From the sequence record PV287714.1: 64,000 nucleotides of DNA; one strand, given 5' to 3'. How positions within the stretch are numbered: the stretch's first letter is position 1; each line of letters opens with the position of its first letter. Below the pieces are notes generated by a model. It had not been told where the DNA came from and made no database searches. It was given only the letters and a program-made list of their open reading frames with translations. Made by a program: the position numbers and the translations under genes. The stretch is from Escherichia phage HMD-9. Below, one piece after another: positions 26,710 through 36,950 of this stretch.

Positions 26710-27247
26710 TTACTATTTCCAAAAGTTTATTATTTTTAAGGTAATTAGCCTTTTCTAGGACTTCAGAAGCATATTTAGAACCTGCTTTAACATTCCATCC
26801 CGAATTATAAGAGGATATTGCTTTTCTTATATCGCCCTTATGTATATTTAACCAATAAGAAAGTTCAATGTACGCCCAGGAAGCTGAATTGGACCGTTTA
26901 TTCAACATTCTTTTTATTTCAGCATCGGTCATATTATAACCAAGTTCCTTAACTCTTGCACGCATGGTCGGCAAATAGTTTTGGAACATTCCGTAGGCAT
27001 GATGCTTTGGTTTAGATTTTAAATTAACTCCGGCAGAGCTTTCTTGCCATAAAATAGCAGCCATTATATGACCTAATCCGCTCTTGTGGATATTTTTATG
27101 TGTTTTATATTTTCCATCCTTGGAAAATTGTTCCCCGAATTGATACGCGTAACGCATGTTATCGAGTTGGACATTACTGAAAGTATGCTCGGAGCTATGT
27201 GCCATCATTGAAATGGCCAATAGACCAGCGAGTAGTGCTTTTCTCAT
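26702..27247 (-). CDS. secreted lytic-transglycosylase-like (SLT domain) protein
   Basis: 181 aa; signal peptide; LWQESSAG...AYGMFQ resembles the SLT catalytic-Glu motif. Confidence 0.55.
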   Translation of the reverse strand: MRKALLAGLLAISMMAHSSEHTFSNVQLDNMRYAYQFGEQFSKDGKYKTHKNIHKSGLGHIMAAILWQESSAGVNLKSKPKHHAYGMFQNYLPTMRARVKELGYNMTDAEIKRMLNKRSNSASWAYIELSYWLNIHKGDIRKAISSYNSGWNVKAGSKYASEVLEKANYLKNNKLLEIVND

Positions 27248-27254
27248 GCTTACC

Positions 27255-27716
27255 TCATTGAGTTTTAATTACTGCTTTAGAAGCCTTTCCTGGTAAACGA
27301 CGACTGTTGATAATTGCCATCCTACACTGAAGTGACGGGTCTTTGAACTTCGCATTAGGTTTACAAACTGTAAATCCAAGCCAAAGATTTCCATCTGTGA
27401 TTTCTAAACGCCCAGGACGATATTCAACCCCATCAATAAAATCTTCGTCAATATCAGGGCGTGGAGGCATACTCAGGAATTCATTAACTTCTAAAACATG
27501 GTCTTTTATTTTGTGGAATAATTCAAAAACATATGTCTCATCAATCTCCCGCTGAATTGCACGATCAAGAAGATGCTGAGAATATTTTAGATGAAACGAT
27601 GAGACTCCTGCTGCTTTTGATGCCTCACGAATCTCATTGTTAATTTGACGAAACTCCGACTCAAAGTGACGACGGAGCTTATTTCGACGGATAAAAACTT
27701 CTGTGTTGATAGTCAT
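27255..27716 (-). CDS. regB: sequence-specific endoribonuclease RegB
   Basis: 153 aa; MTINTEVFIRRNKLRRHFESEFRQINNEIREASKAAG matches recalled T4 RegB. Confidence 0.9.
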   Translation of the reverse strand: MTINTEVFIRRNKLRRHFESEFRQINNEIREASKAAGVSSFHLKYSQHLLDRAIQREIDETYVFELFHKIKDHVLEVNEFLSMPPRPDIDEDFIDGVEYRPGRLEITDGNLWLGFTVCKPNAKFKDPSLQCRMAIINSRRLPGKASKAVIKTQ

Positions 27717-27743
27717 GTTATTCTCCTCTTAACTGATAGAAAA

Positions 27744-27773
27744 ATTATACTACAGTCAAGAGGAAAAGTAAAC
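27744..27773 (-). promoter_or_regulatory. T4-type early promoter for regB (GTTTAC-N18-TATAAT)
   Basis: Reverse complement GTTTACttttcctcttgactgtagTATAAT. Confidence 0.6.
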
Positions 27774-27775
27774 AG

Positions 27776-28054
27776 TTATTCTTTAAATCTAATCAATTTA
27801 TTCATAGACTTTGTAACTTCTGCACGAACCTCATGTAGGTTTTTAAGCTGTTCAAGACGTTGCTCATAGTAAGCAATTTCATCTTCTTCGAGACAGTCCT
27901 GTGAATCTTCTTTAAGATAACGCGCATAGTCCTGGAAAGCTTTACGGACTACTTCCTGGAAGTCATCAAGACTTTGAATTTTCTTAGGAGCAACAGATAC
28001 ACGACGAGGGGCAGTATAATACTCATAACCAAACCCTGCGCTTAATTGAGCCAT
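27776..28054 (-). CDS. hypothetical protein
   Basis: ORF track frame 27776..28096; start at [10 protein letters not shown]. Confidence 0.45.
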   Translation of the reverse strand: MAQLSAGFGYEYYTAPRRVSVAPKKIQSLDDFQEVVRKAFQDYARYLKEDSQDCLEEDEIAYYEQRLEQLKNLHEVRAEVTKSMNKLIRFKE

Positions 28055-28320
28055 TAATATTTTTCCTCTGGTTGGAACACAGCACGACAAGCCCACATAC
28101 TGGCTTCTTTGAGTTTCGTTTTAGCAATAGTTAACTGATCAAGACTTTCAGCATAATTCTTCGCGAATTCACAGTCTTCACAATTATCTAGTGCTTCCCA
28201 GAATTCATCATATAAAGCATCAAAGATAAGTCCTAAACGAACTTCAGCATCTTTGATAGCATTCACTTTACCGATTTTCTCTTCAGTATGTGGCTTATAA
28301 CCCTTAATATCTTCAATCAT
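28054..28320 (-). CDS. hypothetical protein
   Basis: ORF track 88 aa. Confidence 0.5.
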   Translation of the reverse strand: MIEDIKGYKPHTEEKIGKVNAIKDAEVRLGLIFDALYDEFWEALDNCEDCEFAKNYAESLDQLTIAKTKLKEASMWACRAVFQPEEKY

Positions 28321-28534
28321 ATTTTACTTTCTCACCAGTACCCAAATCATATTCAACTAAACGAATAGGTTCATGAATGCCATATCCCTGAACAGAAATT
28401 TCTGTCGTAGGATAAATTCCACTAATATCACCCATATTCCACGCTTCATTAAATTGTTGTTCGCCTGAATTACTAAACCATTCGGCGAAAGCATTTAGCA
28501 CATCTTCAGAACCTTCAATAATTATCTTTGCCAT
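28313..28534 (-). CDS. hypothetical protein
   Basis: ORF track 73 aa. Confidence 0.5.
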   Translation of the reverse strand: MAKIIIEGSEDVLNAFAEWFSNSGEQQFNEAWNMGDISGIYPTTEISVQGYGIHEPIRLVEYDLGTGEKVKYD

Positions 28535-28908
28535 TACAGACTCTCAGTAAAGGTACGAGCGATAACGTCGCGCTGCTGTTCCGGAGTCAGAGAGTTAAAG
28601 CGAACTGCATAACCGGATACACGGATGGTCAGCTGCGGATATTTTTCCGGATGCTTAACTGCATCCTCCAGAGTTTCACGACGCAGAACGTTTACGTTCA
28701 GGTGTTGACCACCTTCAATTTTAACTGTAGGTTGTGTTTCAATTTCAATTTCACGGGCATGTAAACCGTAGAAAATTTCTGGGTCTACAAAAGAGTCCTC
28801 TTTAAAGGTTTTAGAGACAATAATTCGTGCTTGAATACCGTCTTCAAAATAAATAGTACCTTTATGTGTGCCTTCAAGAATTTGATATGCTTTCATATAA
28901 CCTCTCAA
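28534..28908 (-). CDS. autonomous glycyl-radical cofactor (GrcA/YfiD-like; T4 Y06I-type)
   Basis: 124 aa; C-terminal [59 protein letters not shown] matches recalled E. coli YfiD glycyl-radical domain. Confidence 0.85.
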   Translation of the reverse strand: MRGYMKAYQILEGTHKGTIYFEDGIQARIIVSKTFKEDSFVDPEIFYGLHAREIEIETQPTVKIEGGQHLNVNVLRRETLEDAVKHPEKYPQLTIRVSGYAVRFNSLTPEQQRDVIARTFTESL

Positions 28909-29234
28909 TTAGAAAATAAATTTATCCAAGATTGCTCTTTAATTAAAAATGGCTCAGAATCATATGCCATTAAACTTTGGGTAATTAGTCCTTTAAAAGG
29001 CCCATCAATAAATTCCATGGTAAAATATGGAATTTTATTCATTAATCTTGCATTAGGAGCAGTGCACAAAACTCTGCATCCTTTGAATACGCCTTTTTGT
29101 AATTTGTATTGCTTAGGATAAAATTCGCTCAAGACGTTGTTATTTGCCAAAATTTCAAAATGATTCACCAATTTATTTTTAATAGTTTTTGGCGAAAAAT
29201 AAAGATATTCGAAAAGTTGCGTGTCTGTCATCAT
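28905..29234 (-). CDS. hypothetical protein
   Basis: ORF track frame 28905..29285; start at MTDTQ (ATGA overlap). Confidence 0.45.
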   Translation of the reverse strand: MMTDTQLFEYLYFSPKTIKNKLVNHFEILANNNVLSEFYPKQYKLQKGVFKGCRVLCTAPNARLMNKIPYFTMEFIDGPFKGLITQSLMAYDSEPFLIKEQSWINLFSN

Positions 29235-29806
29235 TGCATTCCGATTACGAAAAACTGCGGACGAGTAATACCACCAATGCAACAATTACTATTGCAACAG
29301 TGGTGCACAGTTTCAATATGAATATCGTAAATTTTATCCATATCAGGAGATTTAACAGGCTCATCAATTATATACAAAATCCGCGAAAGCGATAAACCTC
29401 TGAACTTGCTACCTCTATTACCAACAAAACTACGGACAGAATCAGTAAATAAACGGAATCGAATATCATCGCCAGAATAACGAGAAAATTCTTTTTTAAT
29501 GTGGCCCGCAGAAATTTTAGCATAAGATGAAGTATTAGAAAGAACAATAACCGTTCCGCCGTCATACAACCAATTAACAGCAAAATTAGTTACTGCAGTC
29601 GATTTACCTGATTGTCTGCCACCATCTAAACGAAGTGTACAGTACTGCTTGAGTACGTCTTCAAATGGTGGGGCATAACCGTTCTTACAAATTTCTTCTA
29701 CTCTAGCATCAGAATGGTGTGTAAAAGCATTCATCAGGGATAGATAAGGTCCAGTTAAAAATGTTCTCATATTATTTCTCTTAAGGTTTGGACCATTCCG
29801 TGGCAC
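29231..29806 (-). CDS. small P-loop NTPase of unknown function (start may be internal at MRTFLTG)
   Basis: Walker A GGRQSGKST, Walker B ILYIIDEP. Confidence 0.55.
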   Translation of the reverse strand: MPRNGPNLKRNNMRTFLTGPYLSLMNAFTHHSDARVEEICKNGYAPPFEDVLKQYCTLRLDGGRQSGKSTAVTNFAVNWLYDGGTVIVLSNTSSYAKISAGHIKKEFSRYSGDDIRFRLFTDSVRSFVGNRGSKFRGLSLSRILYIIDEPVKSPDMDKIYDIHIETVHHCCNSNCCIGGITRPQFFVIGMQ

Positions 29807-29948
29807 ATGAATTGTCCATTTCTGTATTTACCCATTACCGCACTTGGGCTCGACCTTATTACAGGTTGGCGGGAATCCCTCATAGAATCATGAGGTCCAG
29901 GTTGTTCCCATGTTATTTGAATGTAAATAGGCCTAAATATAGGCCTTA

Positions 29949-30545
29949 TTAATTACCACGGGCTGCATTAGCAACGGCATAAGCGTACTGAACATTAGCG
30001 TCTTTAAACATACCTTTAGAGGTGTCTATTTCTGCCTTAAAGCCGCCTTTAGCCATAACATCGGCAAATTCTTTACGGAAAGCCATTGCATCAAGACCTT
30101 TCCATGATGATTTGTGCTTGGCGAATTCAAGACCAGCGTAGTTGACAGCCTTAGCTAATTTATTATCAATAACCCATTTACCAGCTTTAGGCACAAACAC
30201 AGGACCTTTCTGTTTAGAGAACAGTTTTAAATTCCAGCGACGAAGGTCAAAGTCAGCTTTAACAAAAGCTGCGTCCAAGTTACTAGCAACAACATCTTCA
30301 ATATGAGCAAATTTAAGTCCGTCAACTTCAATATTTAGGTCGGTACGCCAGCGAAGTCCTTTCCAGGCGAAAGCTTTAAAGTCGGAAGCCTTTGTAGCTA
30401 AATACCGTTCAATAGGAGCTGTTTTAGCGTCAAAACCATTTCCTGGGTTGTCAACGCCGTTTCCTCGGTAAGTCCACTCATCTTTATTAATGCCTTGGAC
30501 CTTTCCTACAGAAGCTTCGGCGATAAATTCTTTATATGTTTTCAT
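29949..30545 (-). CDS. internal-protein-like, capsid-targeting N-terminus (IPIII-like size)
   Basis: 198 aa; N-terminal MKTYKEFIAEA matches the recalled T4 capsid-targeting sequence (MKTYQEFIAE). Confidence 0.7.
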   Translation of the reverse strand: MKTYKEFIAEASVGKVQGINKDEWTYRGNGVDNPGNGFDAKTAPIERYLATKASDFKAFAWKGLRWRTDLNIEVDGLKFAHIEDVVASNLDAAFVKADFDLRRWNLKLFSKQKGPVFVPKAGKWVIDNKLAKAVNYAGLEFAKHKSSWKGLDAMAFRKEFADVMAKGGFKAEIDTSKGMFKDANVQYAYAVANAARGN

Positions 30546-30598
30546 ACGGATTCCTTAAAGGTAAATATTTTAATTGGTATGTTCAAGTAACTGTAGAT

Positions 30599-30627
30599 AT
30601 ACTATCACAATTCTAGGAGATGTAAAC
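30599..30627 (-). promoter_or_regulatory. T4-type early promoter (GTTTAC-N17-TAGTAT)
   Basis: Reverse complement GTTTACatctcctagaattgtgaTAGTAT. Confidence 0.5.
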
Positions 30628-31026
30628 TTATTTGTAGGTTTTCATCCAATTCTTGAACAAAGCCACGACGTCTTTCTCTTTAACGTTCAGTTTAACGTCC
30701 AACATTTTACCACCAGCTGCTCTCGTTTGGCGAATCTTAGCAGTACCGGTTTCGCCATTCCACTCAACATAATATTGTCCAGCGTTCATTGCAATACCAT
30801 CGCCGTAGTCTTCATTTTTAGAAGTGGTGAAGGCCAGCTTCATAGTCTTAGAGACACGAGCCTGCATGCCTGTCTGAAGGGCATTACGAACGCGAATAAC
30901 CTGAGGAGTGGCCTGGGTCAGGTTCTCATTCAGTTCTTCAGTGAACTCTTCAGATTCAAACATAGCCAAAAGTTCTTTAGATGCAGGAATTACATTCTCT
31001 GCGATAAATTCTTGATACGTTTTCAT
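30628..31026 (-). CDS. internal-protein-like, capsid-targeting N-terminus
   Basis: 132 aa; N-terminal MKTYQEFIAEN. Confidence 0.7.
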   Translation of the reverse strand: MKTYQEFIAENVIPASKELLAMFESEEFTEELNENLTQATPQVIRVRNALQTGMQARVSKTMKLAFTTSKNEDYGDGIAMNAGQYYVEWNGETGTAKIRQTRAAGGKMLDVKLNVKEKDVVALFKNWMKTYK

Positions 31027-31056
31027 TTTTGTTTCCTTGTTTGTTTTGATAGAGTA

Positions 31057-31086
31057 ATTATACCATAATAATACTTAAGCGTAAAC
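31057..31086 (-). promoter_or_regulatory. T4-type early promoter (GTTTAC-N18-TATAAT)
   Basis: Reverse complement GTTTACgcttaagtattattatggTATAAT. Confidence 0.6.
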
Positions 31087-31089
31087 TGT

Positions 31090-31350
31090 TTAAGCTTTAC
31101 CGCCAGAAATAATTCCGAAGTTGTTAAAATCATATCCAATATCGTCAACATCTACTTTAGGGCTTGCTACAACATAAGCAATTTCACTACGTTTTGCATA
31201 GGTGTTTATTTCTCTACCATCGCCGCCTAGGAAAGAATACCCATTACGTTTTAATGAGCCAAAGTCTTCCGCATCACCAATGAAAGCTTTAACTTTAAAT
31301 TTAGGACCTTTGGCATCTGCTTCAGCGATAAATTCTTGATACATTTTCAT
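31090..31350 (-). CDS. internal-protein-like, capsid-targeting N-terminus
   Basis: 86 aa; N-terminal MKMYQEFIAEA. Confidence 0.65.
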   Translation of the reverse strand: MKMYQEFIAEADAKGPKFKVKAFIGDAEDFGSLKRNGYSFLGGDGREINTYAKRSEIAYVVASPKVDVDDIGYDFNNFGIISGGKA

Positions 31351-31356
31351 TTTTCC

Positions 31357-31770
31357 TTAGTAAATTGATTTACCATAGTATTTGTACCAAGTAGGACGTT
31401 GAGCAATTTTTTCGTCTAAGCGTGCTTGACTTATCGCAATGGACGCTTCGGACGGGACATAATTATTACGAAATTCGGCAGGGATGTCAGAAATATCCTG
31501 AACAGTCGTGTCCTTGATTTTGAAACCACGTTTCAAGCATTCAGCGATTAGCTCGATTTGACGTAAACGTAAAAATTCGAGTTTGTCGTAAAAGAATGTT
31601 ACGTGTCCTGTGCCTAAGATAAATGTTGGAGAGATTTTAAAATCCTTTACGCGTTTACCGTTTTTAACATGTTTACGGACTGCACCAAATACGCGTGGTA
31701 ATTCACGATACTCAGCCATAAGATGTTGGTCGGTCAGTTCAGAAACAAGTGTTAAATTGATACGAGTCAT
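31357..31770 (-). CDS. denV: endonuclease V (pyrimidine-dimer DNA glycosylase)
   Basis: [34 protein letters not shown]... matches recalled T4 DenV; ATG 31770 preceded by GGAGG. Confidence 0.9.
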   Translation of the reverse strand: MTRINLTLVSELTDQHLMAEYRELPRVFGAVRKHVKNGKRVKDFKISPTFILGTGHVTFFYDKLEFLRLRQIELIAECLKRGFKIKDTTVQDISDIPAEFRNNYVPSEASIAISQARLDEKIAQRPTWYKYYGKSIY

Positions 31771-31797
31771 AATTTCCTCCAAGTAGTTGATGAATGT

Positions 31798-31827
31798 ATA
31801 GTATCAAAACCCTTGGAGGAAGTAAAC
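31798..31827 (-). promoter_or_regulatory. T4-type early promoter for denV (GTTTAC-N18-TACTAT)
   Basis: Reverse complement GTTTACttcctccaagggttttgaTACTAT. Confidence 0.55.
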
Positions 31828-31828
31828 A

Positions 31829-32631
<803 letters not shown>

Positions 32632-33087
32632 TTAAAAGAGGCTGTTCATTATTCGGTAAAGTGAAGGACCCATCACATATTGCCACTGAGTACGAGGAAT
32701 AAGAGCAAAAGCGTCCATCTCTGGAATCATAACGCCATCTTTATTTTCAAAATAAGACTCACAATGGCAATTTCTAAACATCTCATGCTCTACTGGAATC
32801 GTATAATAAAATAACTGTAAGTCTTTATTACTAGAATATTTAAATACACCTAGGTCTTCTAGAAGGTCTGGATTATAATTGCTAAAACCAGTCTCTTCTA
32901 AGCATTCTCTTCGTGCTGCATCTAGTGCGCTTAAATCAGAGTTTTCTACGCGACCCTTTGGAATATCCCAGCGATGTGCCATCATTCCAGGCTTACGAGA
33001 ACCAGTAACCCGACCCATAAATAAATCTTTATCTTCTGTCATAAAGATAATACCAGCTGATAAGGGTTTCATTTTAATTTCCTGCAT
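32632..33087 (-). CDS. nudE: Nudix hydrolase
   Basis: 151 aa; Nudix box GRVENSDLSALDAARRECLEETGF; position upstream of e as T4 e.1. Confidence 0.85.
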   Translation of the reverse strand: MQEIKMKPLSAGIIFMTEDKDLFMGRVTGSRKPGMMAHRWDIPKGRVENSDLSALDAARRECLEETGFSNYNPDLLEDLGVFKYSSNKDLQLFYYTIPVEHEMFRNCHCESYFENKDGVMIPEMDAFALIPRTQWQYVMGPSLYRIMNSLF

Positions 33088-33557
33088 TCAGTGATAAAGT
33101 TATTTAAATTTTGAGCATATTTCTTTTCATCAAAAATCTTTTGCTGTCTGCGTAAACGCCATGGCATTTCAATGAACATACGCCATATTCCTGATAATAC
33201 TGCTGCTGTAAAAATATTAACAAGTATAGTTAAAAGAATCCAATCGCCTATTCTGTCCATTGGATTTTTTATAAAAAAGTAAAATACGAATGATGATATA
33301 GGAAGACTAATGATATACCACAGAAGAACCTTCTTATCTGTGAACCAATCAGCATTTGTTAACTTAGCGCAACCATTTTGAATACACACGAATTTATCAT
33401 CTGTTACAGTAAATGGCTTAGCTGCTTGATATCCCATTCTAAACTCCCTAATTAATCGTTTCTTTGTATCTTCGGAACAACCATTCCAGTCAACTCTATC
33501 AACTGGAATGCCATCATCCCCATCATCTAAATCATACCAGCGAGTTTTTAAAATCAT
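33069..33557 (-). CDS. 2-TM membrane protein, tandem family member (C-terminus ...FITECRKLK)
   Basis: 162 aa; two hydrophobic helices then basic tail. Confidence 0.55.
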   Translation of the reverse strand: MILKTRWYDLDDGDDGIPVDRVDWNGCSEDTKKRLIREFRMGYQAAKPFTVTDDKFVCIQNGCAKLTNADWFTDKKVLLWYIISLPISSFVFYFFIKNPMDRIGDWILLTILVNIFTAAVLSGIWRMFIEMPWRLRRQQKIFDEKKYAQNLNNFITECRKLK

Positions 33558-33916
33558 TTAATTTTCCTACAATCACTCACAAACTCTTTCACTGATTCAT
33601 TTTCAATATAAGACATGTAGTTGTTATATTCTTTTAATTGTATTTTGTAATCCTTTTTTCTTTGCCAATTTATTTTAAAATTATCATAATGAAAATATAA
33701 TATAATACCAAAAAATGAAAACAATGAAATAATTTTGGTATAGTGAAGTTCACTCCAAACTTCTGTTATATTTACTGTGCCGTCGATGTTTAAAATAAGA
33801 CAGTCAATTAACAATCCAAAAAGACTACCCGCAAGAGCTGCAGCCAACGCCACAGCAAAAATTAAAAATGACTCAGGAAGCGAATATTTGACTTTATTTA
33901 GTTTTGGCTTTTGCAT
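33554..33916 (-). CDS. 2-TM membrane protein, tandem family member (C-terminus ...FVSDCRKIK)
   Basis: ORF track 120 aa. Confidence 0.55.
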   Translation of the reverse strand: MQKPKLNKVKYSLPESFLIFAVALAAALAGSLFGLLIDCLILNIDGTVNITEVWSELHYTKIISLFSFFGIILYFHYDNFKINWQRKKDYKIQLKEYNNYMSYIENESVKEFVSDCRKIK

Positions 33917-34311
33917 CGTGATTCCTTAACAAATTTCATAATTTCATCAAATTCATACATATCAAGTTTAAGCTGGTGTTCCTTTTTAATCTTTTTACAC
34001 TGTGCTTTCCAATCACGTACGCGTTTACGATAATGTCTTCCTTGATACCAGTATCCTACCCAATTTACAGGTACTAATAAAAATGGAATTATTAATGGAA
34101 GAATTAGCATTAACACAAGTATTTCACCAGAATCAATATCAGTCATAACATCTAAAACACCTCCAATAATCAATAGAATTACAAATGATATGAGTATAAC
34201 AGGACCTATTAACACATCAGTAGGAATTAGCTGGCGCTTTAGTTCATACTTCAAAGGTTTACTTGGAAGGTATAGTGATGGCTTTGACATATTCTCTACA
34301 TTCCTTAACAA
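33898..34311 (-). CDS. 2-TM membrane protein, tandem family member (C-terminus ...FVKESRCKSQN)
   Basis: ORF track 137 aa. Confidence 0.55.
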   Translation of the reverse strand: MLRNVENMSKPSLYLPSKPLKYELKRQLIPTDVLIGPVILISFVILLIIGGVLDVMTDIDSGEILVLMLILPLIIPFLLVPVNWVGYWYQGRHYRKRVRDWKAQCKKIKKEHQLKLDMYEFDEIMKFVKESRCKSQN

Positions 34312-34867
34312 ATTTTTCTAGTAATAAATCGCTTTCAAAACTAGGATTTTCCACGAATTTATCAAAAAGATCATCAACAATATTCAAGATATTCCTTTTA
34401 CTAAGAATACATTTATTTTCATGCTTCGTTTCAGAGTCAATTATAAGAGTAAAGAAATATTTCTTTCCCTGAAATTTTACTGTAGTATCAATATAAAATA
34501 AATTTGACTTTTGTAAATTACGTTTAAACCATGCGTCGCTTAAACTATAAACACCGAGATAATCAAAATCGTCGTTTAAATAACAAACTGACCATTCAGG
34601 AGAAATGAAATCAGTAAATTCAACATCAAAATCACATGTTAATGAATGAATTGATTCAATACTTTTAATGAGTATTCCAGGGCGTATTAAAGACTTTTTA
34701 CCTCTGGAAAATCTTCCAGAAAGACTTTCATCAGTTTCATATGAAGACCCCCAATAATAATTACGTCCTTCTGCCATACGTTTAAGAGCATTTAGTAATT
34801 GATCTGGAACATCAACATGTCTTTTGAACTCTTCAAACATTGAATTGAAATCACTTTGCATTTTCAT
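34259..34867 (-). CDS. soluble protein sharing the family C-terminal motif (...FVKECREYVK)
   Basis: ORF track 202 aa. Confidence 0.55.
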   Translation of the reverse strand: MKMQSDFNSMFEEFKRHVDVPDQLLNALKRMAEGRNYYWGSSYETDESLSGRFSRGKKSLIRPGILIKSIESIHSLTCDFDVEFTDFISPEWSVCYLNDDFDYLGVYSLSDAWFKRNLQKSNLFYIDTTVKFQGKKYFFTLIIDSETKHENKCILSKRNILNIVDDLFDKFVENPSFESDLLLEKFVKECREYVKAITIPSK

Positions 34868-34888
34868 TCCTATTTACTCCAAGTAATA

Positions 34889-34902
34889 GGGGCCGAAGCC
34901 CC
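34889..34902 (-). terminator. GC stem-loop (GGGGC-UUCG-GCCCC) after coiled-coil gene; weak U-run
   Basis: ggggccgaagcccc at 34889-34902. Confidence 0.35.
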
Positions 34903-34908
34903 TTATCA

Positions 34909-35502
34909 TTATTTCAGAGAATTAATATATTCCTGGACATCGGCAGAGGTAGTTTCAACCCCAGAAATATTGCCGTTAAAAGTTTCAACTCGAGCAAGGG
35001 TATCTTCAATATCAACCTTAGTCAGTGCTGCAATTTCAACTACATCATCGGCAGTACTAATTCCAAGGGCATTTGCCGCACGAGTTTCACGGATATATTC
35101 CAATTTAACTGCAAGTTCTTGGCGAGCATCATCTAACTCAACTACTTTCTTGGCGATTTCAATTCGCATTTCAGCATAACCGTCAGCTTTAGTAGTCAAT
35201 TGCTCAGCTGTTCGACGATATAGCAAACCGAGTTTAGCGTGCATTGTTACATCTTGACCTTCGGAAAGAAGTTTACGAATTTCACGCTCTTTTGATTCGG
35301 CTTGTCGATTCTTTTCAATAACAAGTTCACGAATACGTTTTTCTTCATTAATAGATTTAACAGAAGCAGTTTTTAAGTCTTTAATCTTATCAAGTAGTTT
35401 TGCTGCTGCAGCAGTATACTGTTCTTCAACAGATAGATTTTTAGCCATAGCAGAACCAAGTTTAGTGCGAATAAACTCAACAATTTTCTTCAGTGTGTTC
35501 AT
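34909..35502 (-). CDS. coiled-coil protein of unknown function
   Basis: 197 aa; heptad-rich, E/K/R/A-rich. Confidence 0.55.
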   Translation of the reverse strand: MNTLKKIVEFIRTKLGSAMAKNLSVEEQYTAAAAKLLDKIKDLKTASVKSINEEKRIRELVIEKNRQAESKEREIRKLLSEGQDVTMHAKLGLLYRRTAEQLTTKADGYAEMRIEIAKKVVELDDARQELAVKLEYIRETRAANALGISTADDVVEIAALTKVDIEDTLARVETFNGNISGVETTSADVQEYINSLK

Positions 35503-35791
35503 AGTATTTCCTTAGGTTAATTAAGATTTAAAAATCCGTGAGAATATTATATTTCAAAGAGTTTATAAACTATTTCAACATCTCCTTTTGCCGCTTTATA
35601 ACCTTCAGCCCAAGATACAACCAAGTTTTTATCTGAAGATTCAAAGTCAGGCATTGGACTTTCATCAATGTTCACACAGTATGTTTCTTCATTTTCGTCA
35701 AACCAAATAGTTAAAATAGTCATTTATTTCTCCGCTTCTGTGATTGTTTTGATAAATCTATAATAACACCGTCCTTGGCGTTTGTACACAA

Positions 35792-36055
35792 TTATTTCAT
35801 ATTATTGAAATATTCTTCTGCGATTTCGTCGTTATCATGGTAAACTTTAGAAGACAGTTTAACATAACCTTCAGCAGTGAACATGTTAATCACAACCTTT
35901 ACAGTATACCACTGACCGTCTTCATTACCCATTACTGCGTAAGTTTCAAACATCGGATGGTCAGGACCGATAACTTTAATATCATTCACTGTACGACCGA
36001 AATCTTCTGAAACGCATTTCATAAAGAAGTTGAACAGTTCGCCGTAATTATCCAT
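35792..36055 (-). CDS. hypothetical protein (start at MDNYGELF, downstream of promoter)
   Basis: ORF track frame 35792..36109; ATG 36055 preceded by GGAGAA and lies downstream of predicted TSS. Confidence 0.5.
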   Translation of the reverse strand: MDNYGELFNFFMKCVSEDFGRTVNDIKVIGPDHPMFETYAVMGNEDGQWYTVKVVINMFTAEGYVKLSSKVYHDNDEIAEEYFNNMK

Positions 36056-36099
36056 TTCATTCTCCAAGTTGTTTTTCTGTATCAGTAGTTGATAGTTGT

Positions 36100-36129
36100 A
36101 TAGTACCACGGAAGAACATGGATGTAAAC
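36100..36129 (-). promoter_or_regulatory. T4-type early promoter (GTTTAC-N18-TACTAT)
   Basis: Reverse complement GTTTACatccatgttcttccgtggTACTAT. Confidence 0.6.
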
Positions 36130-36261
36130 AGTTTTGTGAAAAAAATTTTAAAAAGTTTTGGGGAATTCTAGGGCAGGGAGGGGCAATTAAAGGATAGGAT
36201 AATATATTATAAAGGATAGAAACTAAATGATGCCTAGAGAGGCCCAGAAAGGTCTAGATGC

Positions 36262-36288
36262 CAAAAAAGCCCTATCATTTAGATAGGG
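36262..36288 (-). terminator. rho-independent terminator
   Basis: CCCTATC-uaaau-GATAGGG stem plus CUUUUUU on minus strand, after the stop at 36297. Confidence 0.65.
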
Positions 36289-36296
36289 ATTTAAAA

Positions 36297-36860
36297 TTAT
36301 TTGCTTAGTTTAGTTATTATAGCTTCTGCGGCAGCTTTTAGCTTAGATGCGGTGTTAATACGATTTTTAATTTCAGTATACGCATCGCCAAGAACATCAA
36401 GGCTATCAGAATAAACACTTACACTATTGCGTTCGCTATTTGAAATAGAACCTTTAGTTTTACGATCAAAATCGGTATACACGTCTTGAAGATCGCGGGC
36501 TGCCTTCTTTGCATCATCCAATGCGTCAAGAGCTTTATTCAAAGCATTAACATATTTTTTAGTGTCAAACATATTCTTAGAAATTTTAACAGGTGCACGT
36601 TCAGGAGTAGCTAATGCAGATTTAGGAACCTGAGCGCCAGATGCCAATTTCTTAGAAATTTTGAAAAATGCTTTATTGAATTTATTTTCTTGACTCATTG
36701 TAAAAGAACTATTATCGATGTTGTACATTTCAATAGCTTTAGCTTTCCACTTAAGAAAATCGCCGCGGTCTTTTGGATCCAAGTGGAAGAATACTTTAGT
36801 AAGATCTGCTTCAGATGGTAATTTTGCTGCTTCGGTTAAAAATTCGGCATAGGTTTTCAT
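36297..36860 (-). CDS. internal-protein-like, capsid-targeting N-terminus
   Basis: 187 aa; N-terminal MKTYAEFLTEA. Confidence 0.65.
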   Translation of the reverse strand: MKTYAEFLTEAAKLPSEADLTKVFFHLDPKDRGDFLKWKAKAIEMYNIDNSSFTMSQENKFNKAFFKISKKLASGAQVPKSALATPERAPVKISKNMFDTKKYVNALNKALDALDDAKKAARDLQDVYTDFDRKTKGSISNSERNSVSVYSDSLDVLGDAYTEIKNRINTASKLKAAAEAIITKLSK

Positions 36861-36950
36861 TTAAAATCCTTGAAATAATTTATCGGTTGGTTATTAATTA
36901 TTTATTACTTTGTTATTATCCGTAACAGCATTCTCTATGTGATTCAAACT

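Noticed and set aside
34909-35502. PspA/IM30-like identity for the 197-aa coiled-coil protein
   Set aside because: Similarity is limited to generic coiled-coil composition; no specific motif could be matched from memory, so it is left as hypothetical
35547-35723. Apparent 58-aa ORF starting at ATG 35723
   Set aside because: Careful re-translation shows an in-frame TGA after 8 codons (TTTTGA); only a 33-codon internal frame remains, too weak to call
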